Positions 12,967 to 18,324 of a stretch of 18,324 nucleotides of DNA are shown here, in pieces. The translations under genes were made by a program, and so were the position numbers. A model generated the notes under the pieces. That model saw only the letters and a list, made by a program, of their open reading frames with translations, did no database searches and was not told the DNA's origin. This DNA comes from Candidatus Iainarchaeum sp. (GTDB lineage: Archaea > Iainarchaeota > Iainarchaeia > Iainarchaeales > GCA-2688035): the NCBI GenBank assembly GCA_028713935.1, contig JAQTNI010000028.1, positions 1-18,324 of the forward strand, read 5' to 3'. Positions within the stretch are counted from its first letter, which is position 1; each line of letters opens with the position of its first letter.

Positions 12967-13725
12967 TCAGTCTATTTTTGATATTGCCTTGTCAAATTCT
13001 TTTGACTTGTTTTTAAGCGCAGTTATTGCTGACAATAGGCATTCTTTTGCAGTGAGTGTTCCGCTTGTTTCTATCATGAGCAGGAATGTTTCGGGCTCAA
13101 TGTTTATTTTTAGGGCGCCTTGCTTGCATGAGTCCCTGCATGCTCCGCAGATAGTGCATAGGAAAGGGTCCACCAATACAATTTTTTTTGCCTTTAATTC
13201 CAAAACATTTTTTGGGCATTTTTTGATGCATTCTTCGCAGCCATCGCAGTCTTTTGCTGTTTCTATTGAGGCAACTTCCTGGTATGCTATTATTGCGGGC
13301 TGCCATTTCACGTGTTCTTTTCCTGTCTGCATTACTGCATCCATTTCAATTTTCAGGTTTTGCCCTTTTGAAAGTTTTGTAATGGGTATTTTTTTGTCTG
13401 CAACATCCACTTTGGGGTCTGTGCTTTTGATGTCTTTGCTGTAAACAGTGCAGGGGCCTTCTTTTTCAAGCACAAGCTTTACGCTTTCTCCCTGCTTGTA
13501 GCCTTTTGCGTCTGTTTTTATTGGCAGCATTCCAAGCCTGTGGGCCAGGAATTCGTCAAACATTACAGAGTCATTTGCGTAAATTGAAACGTTTTCAATT
13601 GCGAGGCAAGGAACTTCTTCCATGACGCTTCGCCTCAAAGCATTCATTGCTGTTGCAGTAACGCCTTTTACCAAAAATTTCGAGGTGTTTTCTTTTTCAA
13701 AAATTTTTTTTATTGAAATTGCCAT
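12967..13725 (-). CDS. rpo3: DNA-directed RNA polymerase subunit Rpo3 (D) with ferredoxin-like 4Fe-4S domain
   Basis: FLVKGVTATAMNALRRSVMEEVP is the RpoD N-terminal signature. Cys clusters CDGCEECIKKCP and CTICGACRDSC are present. ATG 13725, preceded by AAGGTTTGAAT, gives the usual N-terminal length. The ORF-track ATG 13779 would add 18 atypical residues. Confidence 0.88.
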   Translation of the reverse strand: MAISIKKIFEKENTSKFLVKGVTATAMNALRRSVMEEVPCLAIENVSIYANDSVMFDEFLAHRLGMLPIKTDAKGYKQGESVKLVLEKEGPCTVYSKDIKSTDPKVDVADKKIPITKLSKGQNLKIEMDAVMQTGKEHVKWQPAIIAYQEVASIETAKDCDGCEECIKKCPKNVLELKAKKIVLVDPFLCTICGACRDSCKQGALKINIEPETFLLMIETSGTLTAKECLLSAITALKNKSKEFDKAISKID

Positions 13726-13784
13726 ATTCAAACCTTTTTTTTGTTTATTGTTGGATTGTTTTAATTTAATAATTTTCAATTATA

Positions 13785-14174
13785 TTAGCCTTTTCTTTTG
13801 CCGCGGTATCTCTTTTTTTTCCTGCAGCCGTCATGCGGTATTGGGGTGACATTTTCAATGCTTCTTATGAAAAGCCCGTTTCTTGTAAGACTTCTTATTG
13901 CGGCTTCCGCGCCAGGCCCAGGAGTATTTGACTTGTTTCCGCCCTGGCCTCTTACCTTTACATCTATTTCCCTGATTTCGCGTTCTTTTGCCTTGTCTGC
14001 AACAATTTCCGCGACTTTCATTGCAGCGTAAGGGCTTCCTTCCTTGTGCTGTGCCTTTACAACCATTCCCCCGGAACATTTTGCAATTGTTTCCGCTCCA
14101 GTTATGTCTGTAAGCAAAACAATTGTGTTGTTGTGTGATGCAAAAATATGCACAATTCCTTTTTTTCCGGCCAT
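13785..14174 (-). CDS. rps11: 30S ribosomal protein S11 (uS11)
   Basis: 129 aa. GIVHIFASHNNTIVLLTDITGAE and GPGAEAAIRSL match uS11. The ATG is directly adjacent to the rps4 stop. Confidence 0.95.
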   Translation of the reverse strand: MAGKKGIVHIFASHNNTIVLLTDITGAETIAKCSGGMVVKAQHKEGSPYAAMKVAEIVADKAKEREIREIDVKVRGQGGNKSNTPGPGAEAAIRSLTRNGLFIRSIENVTPIPHDGCRKKKRYRGKRKG

Positions 14175-14939
14175 TTATTCCCCTTCTTCCTCTTCGTCTG
14201 TTTCTTCTTTTTCTTCCACGTCTTCTTCAGTATCATCGGATTCTTTTTCAACTTCCTCGGGTTCGCCTTCCGCCTGCGCTTCTTTTATTTCTTCTTCCAT
14301 TTCTTCTTCGGCTTCTTCCTCTTCCTTGCCTGCGTCTTCTTCAAGAAGCGCAATTTTTTTTCCGGCTTCTTCTGGCGGCACTGCTTTTTCAAATTCTTTT
14401 TTAAGTTTTTCCTTGTCAGTCATTTCTTTTCTGATTTCCCTTTTTTTCTTTTCCTGGACAAGAGGCGGGGTTCCATAATAGCCGATTTTGTCCTCTTCGT
14501 CTTTTTTCACCATATAACTCGGAATTGTAACTTTTTTTGATTTTACTGCAACATGGCCGTGCACTATGAATTGCCTTGCCTGTTTTATTGTTGAAGCGAG
14601 GCCGTGCCTCCATGCAATTGTTTCAAGGCGCCTTTCCAAAAGGCTTTCAGTTGTCATGCTCAATACATCGTCAATGCCTGCTTTTTCGTCAAGCAAGCCG
14701 TATTTTGCAAGTGAATCAATAAGCTCTTTTTCCCTTTTTTCCCTTTGCTCGGGTTCCATTGCAAGCAGCTTTCTCGCGTCTTCCTTTTTTTTCCTCAGGA
14801 ATGTTTCTGTTTTCCAGAGTTCCCTCTTGTTTTTCAATCCAAACCTGTTTTTAACGCCTCTCTCGGAGTCAATCCTGCCCTTGTCCCAGCGTTTTGCAGG
14901 AGTGTCAAATTTTCTTTTTCTTTTTTTAATATCGCCCAT
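14175..14939 (-). CDS. rps4: 30S ribosomal protein S4 (uS4) with ~94-aa charged, mostly acidic C-terminal extension
   Basis: Residues 1-160 match archaeal uS4, including the S4 RNA-binding domain [32 protein letters not shown]. Residues 161-254 are low complexity and end in [49 protein letters not shown]. Confidence 0.9.
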   Translation of the reverse strand: MGDIKKRKRKFDTPAKRWDKGRIDSERGVKNRFGLKNKRELWKTETFLRKKKEDARKLLAMEPEQREKREKELIDSLAKYGLLDEKAGIDDVLSMTTESLLERRLETIAWRHGLASTIKQARQFIVHGHVAVKSKKVTIPSYMVKKDEEDKIGYYGTPPLVQEKKKREIRKEMTDKEKLKKEFEKAVPPEEAGKKIALLEEDAGKEEEEAEEEMEEEIKEAQAEGEPEEVEKESDDTEEDVEEKEETDEEEEGE

Positions 14940-14963
14940 TAAATCACTTTTTAATTTTCAATT

Positions 14964-15494
14964 TTATTTTTTCGGTGCCGCTGTTGTTTTTTCCTCTGTT
15001 TTTTTTGCAGGAGCTGCCGCTGTCTTTGCGTCTTTCTTCATTACTCCTACAACAGGGCCTTTTCCCCTGTGAGTGCTTTTTGTCCTCTGGCCCCTTACTG
15101 TCAGGCCCCAGCTTAATCTTAATCCCCTGTAGGATTTTGTTTCATTCATCCTTTGAACGTCTTTTCTTATTGCAAAATCAAGCTCTGCCATTAATTTGTG
15201 GGAATTTTCGCCTGTTTCAAATTCTTTTTTCCTGTTAAGCGACCAGCTTGGAATCCCGTGCTTGCCTGGATTTAAGGCAATTTCTTCAAGTGTCTTGTCA
15301 AGGTTTTCAGGCAAAACCCCTATTTTTGAATTGTAAGGGACTTTGGTTTCTTTTTCAAAAACAATTGCAATGTTTTTTCCCATTCTGTGGCTTATGCCTT
15401 TTATGCCTGTAAGCGCCATGCATATTGGCAGGCTTCCGTTAAGGTCTTTTCCCGCTATTCTCACAATATATCTTGCTTCTTTCTCTGCCATCAT
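14964..15494 (-). CDS. rps13: 30S ribosomal protein S13 (uS13) with Lys/Ala-rich tail
   Basis: ARYIVRIAGKDLNGSLPICMALTGIKGIS matches uS13. The start is probably ATG 15494 or 15491, 2 nt after the rpl14e stop. The ORF-track N-terminal 31 aa would overlap rpl14e. Confidence 0.9.
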   Translation of the reverse strand: MMAEKEARYIVRIAGKDLNGSLPICMALTGIKGISHRMGKNIAIVFEKETKVPYNSKIGVLPENLDKTLEEIALNPGKHGIPSWSLNRKKEFETGENSHKLMAELDFAIRKDVQRMNETKSYRGLRLSWGLTVRGQRTKSTHRGKGPVVGVMKKDAKTAAAPAKKTEEKTTAAPKK

Positions 15495-15496
15495 AA

Positions 15497-15721
15497 TCAC
15501 TTCAACAGTTCCGCAATTATTTTTTTGTCGGAATTTTTTGCAATTTCTATTTTTTGTGGCGTGGGAAACAAGTGCCTCAGGTTGCACCTGCGTTTTTTTA
15601 TTTTCGGGCCGTCAATTATCACAAATTGCGGTTTTGCGTCAAATTCAATTACCACTACTTTTGAACCGGCTTCCCTGCCACGGGTTTTTATGCAGACAGT
15701 TCCGATTTCTATTCCCGACAT
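15497..15721 (-). CDS. rpl14e: 50S ribosomal protein L14e (KOW domain)
   Basis: 74 aa. IEIGTVCIKTRGREAGSKVVVIE...KRRCNLRHLFPT matches L14e. The ATG overlaps the rpl34e stop (TAAAATG). Confidence 0.8.
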   Translation of the reverse strand: MSGIEIGTVCIKTRGREAGSKVVVIEFDAKPQFVIIDGPKIKKRRCNLRHLFPTPQKIEIAKNSDKKIIAELLK

Positions 15722-15722
15722 T

Positions 15723-16040
15723 TTAAAGCCTCTTCAGAATTGCGTCTACAAAAGGCCTGAACCTTAAATCAATTTCTTCTGTTTTTTTTCCTGAAATTAT
15801 TTTTGCTGCTTCTTCCGCTGCTGTTGCCCTGCACACTGTGCAGAGAATCCCGCCGAAAGGCACGCTTGGTTTTTTCTGGGTCTTGCTTAATTTGCCAACC
15901 CCGAATTTTGTCGCGCCGTGGGGAACTCCTGCAAGTTTGCTTCCGCAGATGCTGCACTGCCTTTTTGCAGTCTTGCCTCTCACCAGCTTTATTTTCTGGC
16001 CATGCATGCGGCCTTTTTTCAGGTATTTTTTTTTGGACAA
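15723..16040 (-). CDS. rpl34e: 50S ribosomal protein L34e
   Basis: 105 aa with a basic N-terminus, a CSICGSKLAGVP...C..C zinc motif and the conserved neighbourhood. The start is TTG 16040 preceded by AAAGGTTTTGTC. An alternative ATG lies at 16007. Confidence 0.78.
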   Translation of the reverse strand: MSKKKYLKKGRMHGQKIKLVRGKTAKRQCSICGSKLAGVPHGATKFGVGKLSKTQKKPSVPFGGILCTVCRATAAEEAAKIISGKKTEEIDLRFRPFVDAILKRL

Positions 16041-16100
16041 GACAAAACCTTTTTTTTAATTAAATTCAAAATAAAAAAAATTAAATTTTAAAATCACTAA
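16041..16100 (-). promoter_or_regulatory. AT-rich spacer with a T8 tract (possible terminator and/or promoter)
   Basis: The minus strand reads TTAGTGATTTTAAAATTTAATTTTTTTTATTTTGAATTTAATTAAAAAAAAGG. Oligo-T tracts are archaeal termination signals, and TATA-like strings are also present. I cannot resolve which function applies. Confidence 0.25.
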
Positions 16101-16628
16101 TTAAGCCTGTTGCTGTGCTTTTTCAGCCCGCTGCAATGTTTTTTCACTTGTTTTTGCTTTCATTTTGTCAAGGATATTCAGGATTATGCTGAGAACCACG
16201 CTGAATGCAAGCGAACAATAAATGTACCACCAGAGCCAGCTTACATTTGGCGTTATTTCAAATGCAAAGTTCCTGTGTATTATCGGGAGCGGCAATGGCG
16301 AAGTGATTTGGACTCCGATGTAAAATGCCCCAATGGCTGCAAAGACAATCCAGAAAATTGGCAGTGAAACCAGCATGTGCTTCATGCTGCCCTTCATCTG
16401 GGCATTCATGAGCTGGAGCATTTCGTTCTGTATCCTTGAGGATTCCAGTTTTGATTTTTCATCGCCGCGCTTGAGCAATTCGTTCATTTGCTTTTGCATT
16501 TGTTTCATTTTTTCCTGGCTTTCCTTCATTTTTTTCCTGTCAATTAATTTTCTCTGAAGGATTTGCGAAACAATAGCCATAAAGAATGAAATAATTGCTA
16601 TGTCAACAATAGGGGAAATCAATACCAT
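16101..16628 (-). CDS. DUF106 family membrane protein (archaeal YidC/Oxa1/EMC3-like insertase)
   Basis: 175 aa. An N-terminal TM segment is followed by a charged coiled-coil (KKMKESQEKMKQMQKQMNELLK) and then two further hydrophobic segments. It holds the conserved position downstream of secY. Confidence 0.7.
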   Translation of the reverse strand: MVLISPIVDIAIISFFMAIVSQILQRKLIDRKKMKESQEKMKQMQKQMNELLKRGDEKSKLESSRIQNEMLQLMNAQMKGSMKHMLVSLPIFWIVFAAIGAFYIGVQITSPLPLPIIHRNFAFEITPNVSWLWWYIYCSLAFSVVLSIILNILDKMKAKTSEKTLQRAEKAQQQA

Positions 16629-16751
16629 AGAACATTCAACCCCCTCGATGCCCTACTGCTTTTTCCAGAATCGCTCACCAAAAAAGGGTTGAATAAAGTA
16701 TCTTTCATTGCAAAGCAATTTAAACATTTGTGTCGCAAGTTTTTCCCTCTT

Positions 16752-18128
16752 TTATCCTTTGAATAATTTTCCAAGCAGGGGATGCATTGCAATCATTTGT
16801 TCCCTTGCCAGTTCTTCATAAAGCCTGTAAATAATTCCAACTGTCAAAAGTATTCCTGTTCCTGATGCGAGCCCTCCCAGAGACATGTCTCCGAATGCCG
16901 CAAGCAGTGCAACAAAAATGCTGCCAAGAATTGTTATTGTAGGAATGTAACGTTCAAGGACTTTTTGGATTATCCGTTCATCCCTCCGAAAGCCGGGAAT
17001 ATACATTCCTGAGCCCTGCAATTGTTTTGCAACTGCTTCCGAGCCTTGTCCGCCCATTTGCACCCAAAAAACCCCGAAAACTATGCAAATTGCAATGAAT
17101 ACAATCACATAAACAATTGCCTGTATTATTTGCGGTGAAAGCACGCCTATTCCCGCAATGCCCTGGCTTGCAACCTGCAGTATTATTTCCCTGAACAAGT
17201 TATACTGGCTCGTGGTTGCCCATTGGATTGCGCCCATTATCTGCCCAAGAAATGGAATGCTTGCAGTCATGCCTGCCCATAAATGGAGGTTTGCAAACAA
17301 TGCAGCTGCAAGAATCACTGGCATGTTTGAAACATAAAGCAGTTTTACGGGAAATCTTCCGCCTGTTCCTTTTGCCCCCATTGTAATCGGAATGTTTACA
17401 TGCATTCCTTCTGCAAAGACAATTACCAAAAAAATTATTATTGCAACAATTACTGGCAGGAAAATCAAAAAGTTCATTCCAGTGCCGAGGCTTGCAACGA
17501 ATTCTGCAATTATTCCGCCTTGTGCCAATTCTGGCCTCAATGGATTGATGATTGGCGGCCTGAAAATCTGCCAGAAAAATTGCCCTGAAACTCCGCCTGC
17601 AATGAACAATCCTATTCCTGAGCCAATTCCATATTTGGATACAATTTCGTCAAGATAAAGCAGTATCAGGCTTCCAATTGCCACCTGCAGTATGATGACT
17701 GCCGCCATTCCCGGCATTGGCGACAGCATTCCTGAAAAAGTGTAAACAGCGCCTTCGAAAAAGCACAGTACTATTGCAAGCAATTTTTGCACGCTTTGGA
17801 ATTGTGCCCTTCCGCGCTGGCTATGCAAATCAAGATTTATAAGGCCGCTTCCAACTCCAAGCTGGAGTATGATTGAAGCCAGCACAATCGGGCCTATTCC
17901 CGCAGTAATCAGTGTTCCAATGTCACTTGCAAGCAGTGTCTGCAATGCCCCAAGCCTTTCCCCTGCGCTGCTGCTTAATCCCCACAATGAAATGTTTGCC
18001 ATTATGAAAAAAAGCAGCAATGCAATTGCTGTCCAAATAAGTTTTTTTTGCAGGTTTGGCTTTGTTGCGGGTGTTTTTATTTCCGGCAGGTATTTTGAAA
18101 TGCTTTCCAAAGAATCCAAAAATCCCAT
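16752..18128 (-). CDS. secY: Preprotein translocase subunit SecY
   Basis: ~458 aa multi-pass membrane protein with N-terminus MGFLDSLESISKYLPEIKTP. It also contains GIGPIVLASIILQL and NMPVILAAAL. ATG 18128 is preceded by GGGTG plus 5 nt. The ORF-track TTG 18155 adds 9 aa and is less likely. Confidence 0.93.
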   Translation of the reverse strand: MGFLDSLESISKYLPEIKTPATKPNLQKKLIWTAIALLLFFIMANISLWGLSSSAGERLGALQTLLASDIGTLITAGIGPIVLASIILQLGVGSGLINLDLHSQRGRAQFQSVQKLLAIVLCFFEGAVYTFSGMLSPMPGMAAVIILQVAIGSLILLYLDEIVSKYGIGSGIGLFIAGGVSGQFFWQIFRPPIINPLRPELAQGGIIAEFVASLGTGMNFLIFLPVIVAIIIFLVIVFAEGMHVNIPITMGAKGTGGRFPVKLLYVSNMPVILAAALFANLHLWAGMTASIPFLGQIMGAIQWATTSQYNLFREIILQVASQGIAGIGVLSPQIIQAIVYVIVFIAICIVFGVFWVQMGGQGSEAVAKQLQGSGMYIPGFRRDERIIQKVLERYIPTITILGSIFVALLAAFGDMSLGGLASGTGILLTVGIIYRLYEELAREQMIAMHPLLGKLFKG

Positions 18129-18207
18129 TTTTGCACCCGTTTTCTTTTGTTTCAAAAAAAGTGTTTGATGATTTACAATGTTGTTTCAGGCTTTTTAATT
18201 TATTCCC

Positions 18208-18324
18208 CTATTCCTCTTTTTCTGTTTCCCCTGTATCCGGGCTTTCTTCTTCATCGGCTTCATTTTCTTCTGTTGTTTCTTCTTCCGATTCTATCCTGCC
18301 GCCTGCTGCAAGGATTCTTTCAGA
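18208..18324 (-). CDS. rpl15: 50S ribosomal protein L15 (uL15), C-terminal fragment with acidic tail (5' end outside the window)
   Basis: The reverse frame reads ...SERILAAGGRIESEEETTEENEADEEESPDTGETEKEE, with stop TAG at 18210..18208. The I-x-AAGG-x-I/V motif is the usual uL15 C-terminus, and uL15 normally precedes secY. Confidence 0.6.
   Translation of the reverse strand, partial: SERILAAGGRIESEEETTEENEADEEESPDTGETEKEE

Noticed and set aside
13726-13779. Longer 270-aa form of Rpo3/RpoD starting at ATG 13779, and analogous N-terminal extensions of uS13 (15587), SecY (18155), L7Ae (6708) and Rpo10 (11274).
   Set aside because: The extra residues are not conserved-looking. They overlap an upstream gene or the gene's own SD, and better-spaced SD plus ATG combinations exist downstream at the usual N-terminal positions.
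18164-18175. TGATGA string in the uL15-secY spacer as a C box of a plus-strand sRNA.
   Set aside because: The preceding base is not a purine. No CUGA D box or terminal stem follows within a plausible distance. The spacer is only ~50-80 nt and is needed for the secY SD.

Overview
The window is one uninterrupted, minus-strand array of archaeal information-processing genes, with 29 CDS and one intron-containing tRNA. In transcription order (high to low coordinates) it reads: uL15 (partial), SecY, DUF106/YidC-like insertase, L34e, L14e, S13, S4, S11, RpoD/Rpo3, tRNA-Leu(UAA), L18e, L13, S9, RpoN/Rpo10, S2, Memo-like, TrmB-like regulator, GluRS, L7Ae, S28e, L24e, Ndk, dUTPase, aIF5B, S6e, aIF2-gamma, PIN (Fcf1-like), Rpo7/RpoE', Spt4 (partial). 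Spacers are tiny, and most genes have an AGGTG/GGAGG-type Shine-Dalgarno 4-9 nt upstream of the start. This let me correct several ORF-track starts whose GTG is actually part of the SD. All plus-strand ORFs are pyrimidine-rich antisense shadows. The content is compact, AT-rich and lacks adk, cmk, rpoK and eno at their usual cluster positions, which suggests a reduced-genome archaeon, possibly DPANN-like (inference only). No defence, mobile-element or metabolic novelty is visible in the proteins, and the coding content is ordinary. The unexplained signal lies in the non-coding DNA. It is a five-copy family of polypyrimidine/polypurine hairpins, four with a conserved C.C mismatch, and all with a third purine arm (mirror-symmetric in four of the five). 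Copies sit in four intergenic spacers, in both orientations, and inside the 121-nt intron of tRNA-Leu. Secondary oddities are that long intron with a relaxed bulge-helix-bulge, strongly acidic C-terminal tails on uS4 and uL15, and a Lys/Ala-rich N-terminal extension on aIF2-gamma.
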